Below are positions 28,858-38,243 of a stretch of DNA of 64,000 bases, in pieces. The position numbers and the translations under genes are program-made. Position 1 is the first letter of the stretch; the number at the start of each line of letters is the position of its first letter. Below the pieces are notes generated by a model. That model saw nothing but the letters and a program-made list of their open reading frames with translations. It made no database searches and was not told where the DNA came from. Origin of the DNA: Thermoplasmata archaeon (lineage in GTDB: Archaea > Thermoplasmatota > Thermoplasmata > Thermoplasmatales > ARK-15); assembly GCA_049965455.1 (NCBI GenBank), contig JBMFWH010000002.1, positions 1,210 to 65,209 on the forward strand. Direction: 5' to 3'.

Positions 28858-29589
28858 TTAATATTGAAAAACTTCTTTTTTCATGTCTCTAATATGTAAT
28901 AAGATATGGTTTGGCAAAAGTTGCCATAACAAATGATCTGAATTGAATGGCTCTGTAGAATACATGAATGTCCCATCAGATATGGATTCGTAAATGGTAT
29001 AATACTCTTCTTTCTCATTTGCGTATCTGAAAACATAGAGCTCTTCTTTATTGCCCATCATAAAATTAAAAGATTTAGCGCCCAAATCCGCACTTAAAAT
29101 CTTTGAAATGGCATCTTTCATTTCTTTGCCATTTTTCAACTGTTGAACGATGTAATGAAATAATATTTCTGAATCCGTACCCCCTTCCAACCCGGTCACT
29201 TTGAGCTTGCTAGCATTCTTAATAGTGCCATTATGGCAAAATCCAAATCCTCCATATAAGAATGGATGTGCATTTTTGTCGGATCTTTCTCCTACTGAAC
29301 CCTTCCTTGCATGCATTATGAAAAAATCAGTAATAATCTTATTTTTAAATTTTTCATTGCTCTCAGGATCCTTATCAATGCTGTTTTTTGTCTTATACAG
29401 TTTTAATGCTGAACCCTCTGAATACAGTACACCCCATCCATCTTCGTGTGGTGCGTGAGAACCGTTTATAGCCTGATATTTCAACTCATTCAGGTAGGGA
29501 TTCAATATTAGATCCTTATTGCTGATTCCACAAATCATTCTGCACATATGAAAGGGCCATAGGCAAAAAATATATATAAGGTTTAGCAT
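28858..29589 (-). CDS. class II (Ntn) glutamine amidotransferase, YafJ-like
   Basis: (M)ICGIS nucleophile region, HEDGWG and HARKGSVG. The nucleophile Cys is preceded by extra N-terminal residues. Confidence 0.7.
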   Translation of the reverse strand: MLNLIYIFCLWPFHMCRMICGISNKDLILNPYLNELKYQAINGSHAPHEDGWGVLYSEGSALKLYKTKNSIDKDPESNEKFKNKIITDFFIMHARKGSVGERSDKNAHPFLYGGFGFCHNGTIKNASKLKVTGLEGGTDSEILFHYIVQQLKNGKEMKDAISKILSADLGAKSFNFMMGNKEELYVFRYANEKEEYYTIYESISDGTFMYSTEPFNSDHLLWQLLPNHILLHIRDMKKEVFQY

Positions 29590-29682
29590 AATTTTTATTT
29601 ATTGTGGCTGGTTTTTTATAATAGCCCCTTGTACCTCCCATAATATAAGAAAAATTAAAAGCAGGGGTGTTATAATCATATT

Positions 29683-30546
29683 ATGAATTTCAGCATAGTG
29701 GTGATTATTGTACTATTATTCGGGCTTTTTGTAAATAGGTTATATTTTCCTGCAAAAGCAAGGATAATAGCTGAAAAAGCCACTTTGCTGCTGGTTCTAA
29801 TATTGATATTCCTCATTGGCACTTTTTTAGGCAGTACTTTTTCTAATCTTTCAAACCTGTTTTTAATTCCCTTAAGCTTTGCCATCTCGATAGTTATCCT
29901 GGCAACCACCATATTCATTGGTTATGTATTAAAGCATAAGTTTGTTTCAAGTAAAGTACAAAAAAGAGAATATAACTATAAAATGTCTATTTTCATATTA
30001 TTATCGCTTATTCTTGGAATAATAGAGCATTTTACTCTGGACCTTAAGAATCTGAACATAGATATTGTACTATATTTACTATTATTTGTGGTAGGGTACC
30101 AGATAAATTTCAGCGTTCGTTACCTAAAAAGCTATTTTAAGGAAATATCGTTGAGCTTAATTGCAATAATTGTTGGAGCATTAATAATCGTTCCTATGGC
30201 CTTGCTTTTTAATATGAACATTAAAGCATTGTTGATCTCTTCGTTTGGGCTTGGATGGTACACGTTTTCTGGCCCTTTTATAGCTTTAGCGTACGGACCG
30301 GTATATGGCTCAATAGCATTTTTGATAAACTTGTTCAGAGAGCAAATGACCATACTTCTATCTCCTTACATCTCAAAATTCGGGCACATATCTTTGATAT
30401 CCAGTGCTGGAGCAACGGCTATGGACACTTCTCTTCCTTTTATAAAAATGCTGTTTGATGACTCTGTAATAATCCCTGCATTTATGACAGGCGTAATAGT
30501 AACATTACTGGTGCCTCTACTCTCCTCGATACTCTATTATTTATAA
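29683..30546 (+). CDS. polytopic membrane protein (DUF340/LysO-like, tentative)
   Basis: About 8 TM segments in a two-part architecture. The family call is from overall pattern only. Confidence 0.4.
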   Translation: MNFSIVVIIVLLFGLFVNRLYFPAKARIIAEKATLLLVLILIFLIGTFLGSTFSNLSNLFLIPLSFAISIVILATTIFIGYVLKHKFVSSKVQKREYNYKMSIFILLSLILGIIEHFTLDLKNLNIDIVLYLLLFVVGYQINFSVRYLKSYFKEISLSLIAIIVGALIIVPMALLFNMNIKALLISSFGLGWYTFSGPFIALAYGPVYGSIAFLINLFREQMTILLSPYISKFGHISLISSAGATAMDTSLPFIKMLFDDSVIIPAFMTGVIVTLLVPLLSSILYYL

Positions 30547-30568
30547 GTTCATAATAAAAAATAAAAGA

Positions 30569-33235
30569 TTATTTTTTAGATTGCTTCTCTTTGATTGCTG
30601 CTTGCGCTGCTGCTAGCTTAGCGATCGGTACTCTGTATGGCGAACAGGATACATAATCTAAACCGATCGTGTGGCAAAACTCCACAGATTTAGGATCTCC
30701 ACCATGCTCTCCGCATATACCTACCTCCAGGCCAGGCTTAGTTTTTTTACCTCTTTCTGTTGCAATCTTCAAAAGTTCACCTACACCATCTATATCAATG
30801 GTTTCAAATGGATCTGCGGGTAATATGTCGTTTTCAACATAGTATCCTAAAAACTTGCCTTCTGCATCGTCCCTGGAATACCCGAACGTAGTCTGGGTCA
30901 GATCATTAGTGCCAAATGAAAAGAAATCTGTGTACTTTGCAATCTTGTCGGCGGTCAATGCTGCTCTGGGAAGTTCTATCATGGTCCCTATCAGGTACTT
31001 GATATCAATACCCTCTCTTTCGATCAGCTGATTTGCGACTGGTTCCAAACGCTCTCGCAATATTTTCAGCTCTTTGTCAATGCTGGAGATCGGTATCATT
31101 ATCTCTGGGTAGATCTCGTATCCCTGTTTTTTAGTTTCAATTGCAGCCTCTATAATGGCGGTTACCTGCATCTCATATATTTCAGGGTACATTATTCCAA
31201 CTCTGCACCCTCTAAAACCGATCATTGGATTGAACTGTTGCAGATTCTGCACAATGCTCAATATTTTTTCCTTTTCTGAAATCTCTTTGATCAAAGTATC
31301 TATCTCTTTTGTATTTGCTGTTACTCTCAACTGCATCTTAAGCTCGAATAGCTCTTGCATCAATTCTATCTTGTCCGGTAAAAATTCATGAAGCGGAGGA
31401 TCTAACAATCTGATAATTACAGGGAATCCTTTCATCGTTTTGAAAAACTCGACAAAATCGGATCTCTGCATGGGCAATAGCTTATTCAACTCTTTAATTC
31501 TCTCTTCCTTCGTTTTGCTCATAATCATTGCCTGCATAATCGGTAGCCTATCTGGCCCAAAAAACATACGCTCTGTTCTTGCAAGGCCGATTCCTTCCGC
31601 CCCGAACTCTCTTGCTTTTACAGCCTCGGCAGGAGTGTTTGCATTTGCTCTTACACCCAGCTTTCTATAGCTATCCGCCCAGTCTATCACGACTTTCAGC
31701 TCTCCTGACATGGAAGGCGTTATTAGATTCTTAGCGCCTTTGTAAACCTTTCCTGTAGAGCCGTCGATAGTAATTATATCTCCTTTATGAATCTCAACAT
31801 TACCGGCTACAAACTTATCTCCTCTGGTATCTACAGTGATCTCTTCGCACCCTACTACGGCAGGTTTACCCATAGCCCTTGCAACCACTGCAGCATGAGA
31901 GGTCATGCCACCTTTGGATGTAAGAATACCCTGAGATACTGCCATCCCGTGTATATCATCAGGACTCGTTTCAGTTCTCACTAAAATTACTTTCTGTGTT
32001 TTTGATAATTCAACAGCCTCTTCTGAATCTAATGTCACTACACCTACACCTGCACCCGGAGAGGCAGCCAACCCCTTTGCAATGGGCTTATCCATCTCTT
32101 TGGAATCCAGTTGCGGATGCAAAAGAGCGTCTATGTGCGAAGGATCAACTCTTAAAAGCGCTTCTTCTTTCGTTAGCACCTTTTCAGAAACCATGTCCAC
32201 TGCAATCTTTACTGCCGCATAGGCAGTTCTCTTTCCAGCCCTGGTCTGTAGCAGATAAAATTTAGAGTTTTCAATGGTGAACTCAATGTCCTGTATATCT
32301 TTATAGTGCTTTTCGAGGATATCCGCGCTTTTTACAAGATCTTTGTAAGCGGAGGGAATATCTTCTTTAAGATTTTCTATAGCCTTTGGAGTCCTAATTC
32401 CAGCTACTACATCTTCTCCTTGCGCGTTTATCAAGTATTCTCCAAACAGTTTTTTCTCTCCCGTATTAGGATTTCTGGTAAAAACTACCCCTGTGGCAGA
32501 AGTATTGCCCATGTTCCCAAATACCATCGAAACAATGGTAACTGCCGTGCCAAGCTCCTCGGATATATTGTTTAGTTTTCTATATACCTTAGCACGATCA
32601 TTGTTCCATGATTCAAATACGGCCATTATTGCCATTTTAAGCTGCTTGTAAGGATCCTGCGGAAATTCTTTATCCTTGACAACGTTCTTGAACTCTTTTA
32701 CCAACTTTTTAAGATCCTCAGTATTTAAATCTATATCAGTTTTAGCACCGGTACTTTCTTTCAAGGCTTCTATTTTATTTTCAAAATCTGATGCTGGAAT
32801 ACCCAACACTATCTTTCCAAACATCTGTATTAACCTGCGATATGCGTCCCATGCAAATCTCTCATTTTTAGATATTTTTGCGAGTGTAACTACTGTATCA
32901 TCATTTAGGCCTATGTTCAATACCGTATCAAGCATTCCTGGCATTGATATGGGAGCACCTGATCTTGCAGAAACTAGTAATGGATTCTCTTTATCTCCGA
33001 ATTTCTTGCCCGTTAACTTTTCTAACTTTTTAATAGACTCAACAGTGTCGTTCCATAGATCCTCTGGCAAAGTGCCTGTTCTAACATAATATTTGCATGC
33101 TTCTGTAGTTATCGTAAAACCTGGCGGTACTGGTAATCCCAGGTTTGTCATCTCTGCTAGTCCTGCTCCTTTTCCTCCTAGCAAATTCTTCATATCTTTG
33201 TTACCCTCATCAAAAAAATAAATATACTTTGTCAT
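30569..33235 (-). CDS. ppdK: pyruvate, phosphate dikinase
   Basis: 888 aa with GGKGAGLAEM, the phospho-His region GGMTSHAAVVARAMGKP and the C-terminal FFSFGTNDLTQ motif. Confidence 0.95.
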   Translation of the reverse strand: MTKYIYFFDEGNKDMKNLLGGKGAGLAEMTNLGLPVPPGFTITTEACKYYVRTGTLPEDLWNDTVESIKKLEKLTGKKFGDKENPLLVSARSGAPISMPGMLDTVLNIGLNDDTVVTLAKISKNERFAWDAYRRLIQMFGKIVLGIPASDFENKIEALKESTGAKTDIDLNTEDLKKLVKEFKNVVKDKEFPQDPYKQLKMAIMAVFESWNNDRAKVYRKLNNISEELGTAVTIVSMVFGNMGNTSATGVVFTRNPNTGEKKLFGEYLINAQGEDVVAGIRTPKAIENLKEDIPSAYKDLVKSADILEKHYKDIQDIEFTIENSKFYLLQTRAGKRTAYAAVKIAVDMVSEKVLTKEEALLRVDPSHIDALLHPQLDSKEMDKPIAKGLAASPGAGVGVVTLDSEEAVELSKTQKVILVRTETSPDDIHGMAVSQGILTSKGGMTSHAAVVARAMGKPAVVGCEEITVDTRGDKFVAGNVEIHKGDIITIDGSTGKVYKGAKNLITPSMSGELKVVIDWADSYRKLGVRANANTPAEAVKAREFGAEGIGLARTERMFFGPDRLPIMQAMIMSKTKEERIKELNKLLPMQRSDFVEFFKTMKGFPVIIRLLDPPLHEFLPDKIELMQELFELKMQLRVTANTKEIDTLIKEISEKEKILSIVQNLQQFNPMIGFRGCRVGIMYPEIYEMQVTAIIEAAIETKKQGYEIYPEIMIPISSIDKELKILRERLEPVANQLIEREGIDIKYLIGTMIELPRAALTADKIAKYTDFFSFGTNDLTQTTFGYSRDDAEGKFLGYYVENDILPADPFETIDIDGVGELLKIATERGKKTKPGLEVGICGEHGGDPKSVEFCHTIGLDYVSCSPYRVPIAKLAAAQAAIKEKQSKK

Positions 33236-33306
33236 ATTTAATCACCAATCATTATGTTTCTTTATGCTAAAAAAGTATATATTTTTATCTGGCTTAAATT
33301 TTTGGT

Positions 33307-35226
33307 TTACACAGCTTTCCCGATACTGAACCCCTGTGACACCGCATTAATGATCCTTCCCACCTTTAATGCGTCCCCAATAATATATGTTTGATATTTG
33401 TTTTTTAGTTGGTTGTATAATGTATGATCACGAAATCCTCCAAATGAAATTATGAAATAGTCCATTAAAACTTCGGTATTTCCTGCAATTACAGAATTTT
33501 CAGTAATCTCATTGACAGGAGCGTTTAAAAGATATTTTACATTATGCTCATCCAGTTCCCTTAAAAGATAATTTCTGCTCAATGTTTCCATATCTGTAGC
33601 TAGCTCAGGCAGCATTTCTATAATAGTTACCTCATTACCCTGCGTTGCAAGAAATAAAGCTGTTTCACAACCTACCAAGCCTCCACCACCAACCACCACT
33701 TTCTTGTCCCTTATTTTTATTTTGCCGTTCAGTACGTTTCTGGCAGGAACAATATTGCTATTTTTAATTCCCTTTATGGATGGAATATAGCATTTTGCAC
33801 CTGTTGCAATAATTATTGCATCGGGGTTTAGATACTCTACCTTGTCTAATGTAGCCTCTTGATTAAATTTTATGGGAATATCAAGTTTTTTTGTCATATG
33901 ATCATAATACTCAAGCAGCCAGTTTAACTTTCCTTTTCCTGGTGGCACAGCAGCAAGTTTTAATGCTCCTCCAATAGTCCCCTCTTTTTCCCAGATTTCC
34001 ACAATATGCCCTCTTCTTTTAGCGGTTATTGCTGCCTCTAGACCCGCTATGCCGGCACCTACTATCAAGATCTTCTTTTTTTCTGTGCTTTTTAACAGTA
34101 ACTCTTCAGATTCAAGCTTTCCGAGTGTTGGATTTACGCCACATCTTATCGCCGTGCCCTCATCATGCCTGGCCTTTATGCACTCGCTGCATCCAATGCA
34201 TCTTCTTATTTCAGTATCTCTCCCACTTTCTGCCTTTACCGGCCAGTCTGGATCTGCAATAAGCGTTCTTCCAAGTGCTACAAGATCTGCCTTGTTCGAA
34301 TTCAGTATCTCCTCTGCAAACACTGGATTTCGGATCATTCCTACTGCGATAACTGGAATTTTTATGCCACCTTGTTTTAGTGCCGCGGCAAGATATACTC
34401 TCCATCCCTCTTCATACTGCATTGGTTCCAATCTTTTTTCTTTGTTTCCAAACCCCACATCTGCATGAACCGCATCATATCCCATCTCTTCAAACAATTT
34501 TGCAATCTGTACCCCCTCATCCAAATTTATTCCGTCTTTAACAAAATCTATGACCGGCAGTCTTGCAGTGACAGAAAAGCTCTGCCCGCAAAGCATTTTT
34601 ATCTTTTCAATAATAAGTTTCGCAAACCTGACCCTGTTCTCTAAGCTTCCCCCAAACTTGTCTGTTCTTCTGTTGGTATATGGCGATAAGAACTGGTTTA
34701 CTAAAAGCCCATGAGCAGCTTCTATTTCTACGCCGTCAAAATGGGCTATTTTAGCCCTATAAGCCGCTTTTGCGTATTTTTCAGCAAGGTTATTAATTCC
34801 GTTCTCGGTGAGTTCTTTCACCTCACTTTTATCCTTTCTTAAAGGCACTTTAGAGGGAGCTACAGGTAATTCCCCACCATTTACCTCACGCTCCGCAAAT
34901 AAGCCTGGATGTGTCAATTCCATAAATGCGAGGCTACCATGTGAATGTATAGTGTATGCAATTCTGCTCAACCCGGGAATAAAAGCATCATCGTCGATTC
35001 TGGGCTGTGTAGCGCCACTTCTTCCGTCAGGATAGCTTATGCACATATTTTCCATTGTAATAAGTGCAGCACCACCCATTGCCCTTCGCTCATAATGATA
35101 TATCAGCTCAGCATTCACATTTCCGGTTGAATCCGCAAAGTTAGTGGAAATTGGCGGGAATATTATGCGATTTTTTAAAGTTAAACTTCCGATCTTAATT
35201 TCTGAGAACAATAATTCTTTACTCAT
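33307..35226 (-). CDS. two-domain flavoprotein: OYE-like NADH:flavin oxidoreductase plus FAD/NAD(P)-binding domain (2,4-dienoyl-CoA reductase-like)
   Basis: N-terminal OYE TIM-barrel pattern, a Cys cluster (RRCIGCSECI...RCGVNP), then GAGIAGLEAA and GGGGLVGCE dinucleotide folds. Confidence 0.8.
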   Translation of the reverse strand: MSKELLFSEIKIGSLTLKNRIIFPPISTNFADSTGNVNAELIYHYERRAMGGAALITMENMCISYPDGRSGATQPRIDDDAFIPGLSRIAYTIHSHGSLAFMELTHPGLFAEREVNGGELPVAPSKVPLRKDKSEVKELTENGINNLAEKYAKAAYRAKIAHFDGVEIEAAHGLLVNQFLSPYTNRRTDKFGGSLENRVRFAKLIIEKIKMLCGQSFSVTARLPVIDFVKDGINLDEGVQIAKLFEEMGYDAVHADVGFGNKEKRLEPMQYEEGWRVYLAAALKQGGIKIPVIAVGMIRNPVFAEEILNSNKADLVALGRTLIADPDWPVKAESGRDTEIRRCIGCSECIKARHDEGTAIRCGVNPTLGKLESEELLLKSTEKKKILIVGAGIAGLEAAITAKRRGHIVEIWEKEGTIGGALKLAAVPPGKGKLNWLLEYYDHMTKKLDIPIKFNQEATLDKVEYLNPDAIIIATGAKCYIPSIKGIKNSNIVPARNVLNGKIKIRDKKVVVGGGGLVGCETALFLATQGNEVTIIEMLPELATDMETLSRNYLLRELDEHNVKYLLNAPVNEITENSVIAGNTEVLMDYFIISFGGFRDHTLYNQLKNKYQTYIIGDALKVGRIINAVSQGFSIGKAV

Positions 35227-35292
35227 TTTTTATAGAGAGTGTATGTGATTTTATTATTAATATTTTTAGCTCTAAACGGATGTGGGACAAAA

Positions 35293-35595
35293 TTATTTGA
35301 CTTGATCTTTTAGTTCCTTTTTATCTTCTTCTGTTAAAATTATTTTCCTTGTAAAAATAGTTGCATTATATTCTTCAAGGAATCTTTTTACAGCATCAAG
35401 ATGCGGTTCTTCTATTATTATTACTCCTCTGATTAATTTTTTATGAGGTAGATCATCAAGCAATCCATGTCTATGATAATGATATTTTCCTTTCCAAGAC
35501 GAAGAATTTTGACCATAGAACTTCTTGCAGAACTGGTTTATTTGATTTGTTTTCGTGCCTTTTGGCAATCTAAATACTACTATTATTCCTTCCAT
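35293..35595 (-). CDS. IS-borne hypothetical protein (100 aa)
   Basis: Intact ORF entirely inside the IS and divergent from the transposase. Its stop codon overlaps the inner edge of the left IR. No family recognised. Confidence 0.5.
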   Translation of the reverse strand: MEGIIVVFRLPKGTKTNQINQFCKKFYGQNSSSWKGKYHYHRHGLLDDLPHKKLIRGVIIIEEPHLDAVKRFLEEYNATIFTRKIILTEEDKKELKDQVK

Positions 35596-35657
35596 TATGG
35601 GTGTAATAACCCATAACTATTTAAACTTGTTTGTTAGTTTGTTATATACTACATATA

Positions 35658-36609
35658 ATGCCAAAATTCTTTGATAATGATATCAGGGAAAAATTGAAAG
35701 AACTAGAGGAACACATCAAGAAAGAATATCTTAGCTCCAGGAAGAAAAAGAAAAGGGACTGGAGAACATATGAACAGGAATTTTCAAAGAGAATCATGGA
35801 TGCGATAACGCTACTTGATCCATTGATCAAGGAATCTGTGCAAATGATACATATAGAGAAAGGTGCTGGAAGACCGGCAAATCTAAATCTAGAACATAAA
35901 ATGAATTTGATCTTAACAAAACAGCTTGTTGGAGAATCAAATCGTATGTTTCAGGTATGCTTGATTTATTCACTCTTCTTTCAGGCATTGAAATATCCTA
36001 CAAAACTATTGAAAGATTGTATTCTGAAGATACAGTTAACATGGCTCTCCATAATTTGCATGTACTATTATTAAAAAAGAAGAATGTGGAAAAAGTTGAT
36101 GCTACTGGCGATGGAACAGGATACTCAATGATAATATCCAAACATTATGAAACATACATTCAGAAATTAAAGGAAAGGAAAATAAAGGGACAAATAAAAA
36201 AAGGGCGAAGAGAAGATTGTTTGCATATACATTCAGGATCATGGATCTGAAAAGCAAGATGTACATAGCATATGGTACGAGCTTGAAATCAGAAAAAGAT
36301 GCATTTGAAAAAGCGATGAGAATGCTAAGATCGCACGATACAAATATAGAGATGGATAGTATCAGGCTTGATAGATATTATAGCTCTCCAAAATACGTAG
36401 ATAAATTTGGAGCTGCTAAAGTATATATAATACCAAAGAAAAATGCCACTTTAAATGGATCAATAAAATGGAAAAACACAATGAAAGAATTTGTAGGAAA
36501 TACACTGGAATATCTGGGGCAATATTATTTAAGGAATAATTCAGAAAATGGATTTTCGGCAGATAAGAAAATGCTAGGCTGGTCTGTAATGCAAAAAAGA
36601 GAGGATTGA
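35658..36609 (+). pseudogene. DDE transposase with Y-2-R-3-E-6-K motif, interrupted by two -1 frame changes
   Basis: Three overlapping frames (..36074, 35957..36250, 36217..36609). Candidate DDE residues are VDATGDG, IRLDRYY and YYLRNNSENGFSADKK. The shifts map to a T-run (~35949-35951) and an A7 run (36196-36202). Confidence 0.75.
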
Positions 36610-36722
36610 ATAAATTGTGCATTGAAAACCATTGGTCTTTGGCACAATTTATTTAATGTTGGAAGATCTTAGAATTTTGTCCCACATCCGCTCTAAAACT
36701 TAAAAAAGCTTAAATCTTTTTT

Positions 36723-38243
36723 GTGCATATCAGAATTATGATCATTATAGATGGAGAGAACTTGAAAATTGAAGATGTGGTTGCCGTTGCTAGAAATTAT
36801 GAAAAAATTGAACTTTCTGAGAAATCAATAAAAAATGTTAGAGAAAATCGGAGCAATCTTGAAAAGTTGATAGCTTCCGGGGCAATAGTATATGGCGTCA
36901 ACACCGGCTATGGAGATCTCGTAAACACTCGCATTAGCCACGATGATATGAAAAAGTTGCAGAAAAACCTGATAATGAGCCATTCGGTTGGTGTTGGAAA
37001 GTATTTTGATCTTGACATTGTAAGGGCAACGATGCTGATACGGCTGAACACCCTACTTAAAGCAAAGTCCGGGGTTAGACCTGAAGTTTTAATACTTTTG
37101 AAAGAACTTCTCAATAAAAATGTAGTTCCAGCAATACCAGAGAAAGGTAGCGTTGGCTCTAGCGGAGATCTTGCACCTCTGGCACATATGACCCTTGTGA
37201 TGATCGGAAAAGGAAAAGCATTTTACCACGATAAATTGCTAGAGGGAAATGAGGCTCTAAAACTTGCGTCTATATTGCCCATAGAATTAAGCTATAAGGA
37301 GGGAGTGGCGCTTATAAACGGAACCAGCGTGATGAGTGGTGTTGCGGCATTGAACATACATGATTCTATTAACCTATTGAAAAATTCTCTTATTGCTTCA
37401 TCTTTAACTTTGGAAGCCTTAAATGGTAATGATGACGCTTTTGATCCAAAGATATTATCCTTAAGGCCACATGAAGGTCAGGTTAAAACTGGTGCCATTG
37501 TAAAAAGCATGGTAGAAGAGAGCAAGATCATAGAAGAAGCTAAAAAGTTCAAGATCCAGGATGCCTATTCATTGCGATGCATACCGCAGGTAGCTGGAGC
37601 AGTATACGACACGATTGTGTTTGCAAAAAACATTGTAGAAACGGAACTTAATTCTGTTACAGATAACCCCATAATATTAGAACGTGCATATTCCGGCGGC
37701 AATTTTCATGGAGAATATATAGGATTTGCAATGGATTATCTGGGCATTGCAATGGCTGAACTGGCAAATATTGCTGAGCGCAGAATTGCGCGCATGGTAG
37801 ATCATAAATTGAGTGATCTGCCAGCATTTTTGATTGAAAACTCCGGGTTGAATTCTGGCATGATGATGATTCAGTACACTGCCGCGGCATTAGTATCTGA
37901 GAATAAGGTACTGGCACATCCGGCGACAGTAGACTCAATACCCACCAGCGCTAATCAAGAAGATCATGTAAGCATGGGAACTATTGCAGCAAGAAAAGGT
38001 AGGGACATAATAAACAATGTAAAGCACGTGATCGCAATTGAATATTTAGTAGCTTCCCAGGCTTTAGAATATCGAAAACATGAAATGGCAAAAAATACAG
38101 AAATAGCGTATAAACTCATAAGAAAAGGAGTTAACCCTTTGACAGAAGATCGAGAGATGGGAGAGGATGTAAGATATATAATAAAGATGATTGATGAGAA
38201 AACTTTTAATAATAATCTGAATTTTGTAGACCGTTTAATATGA
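36723..38243 (+). CDS. hutH: histidine ammonia-lyase
   Basis: MIO-region GSVGSSGDLAPLAH, plus NGTSVM and QEDHVSMG motifs. The likely start is MIIIDGENL at 36738. Confidence 0.88.
   Translation: MHIRIMIIIDGENLKIEDVVAVARNYEKIELSEKSIKNVRENRSNLEKLIASGAIVYGVNTGYGDLVNTRISHDDMKKLQKNLIMSHSVGVGKYFDLDIVRATMLIRLNTLLKAKSGVRPEVLILLKELLNKNVVPAIPEKGSVGSSGDLAPLAHMTLVMIGKGKAFYHDKLLEGNEALKLASILPIELSYKEGVALINGTSVMSGVAALNIHDSINLLKNSLIASSLTLEALNGNDDAFDPKILSLRPHEGQVKTGAIVKSMVEESKIIEEAKKFKIQDAYSLRCIPQVAGAVYDTIVFAKNIVETELNSVTDNPIILERAYSGGNFHGEYIGFAMDYLGIAMAELANIAERRIARMVDHKLSDLPAFLIENSGLNSGMMMIQYTAAALVSENKVLAHPATVDSIPTSANQEDHVSMGTIAARKGRDIINNVKHVIAIEYLVASQALEYRKHEMAKNTEIAYKLIRKGVNPLTEDREMGEDVRYIIKMIDEKTFNNNLNFVDRLI

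Larger units (their letters stand above)
35277..36690 (+). mobile_element. insertion sequence (IS4/IS5-superfamily type, YREK transposase) with passenger ORF
   Basis: Perfect 18-bp terminal inverted repeats CGGATGTGGGACAAAATT (35277-35294 and 36673-36690, inverted). They are flanked by the direct repeat CTCTAAA (35270-35276 and 36691-36697). Confidence 0.85.
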
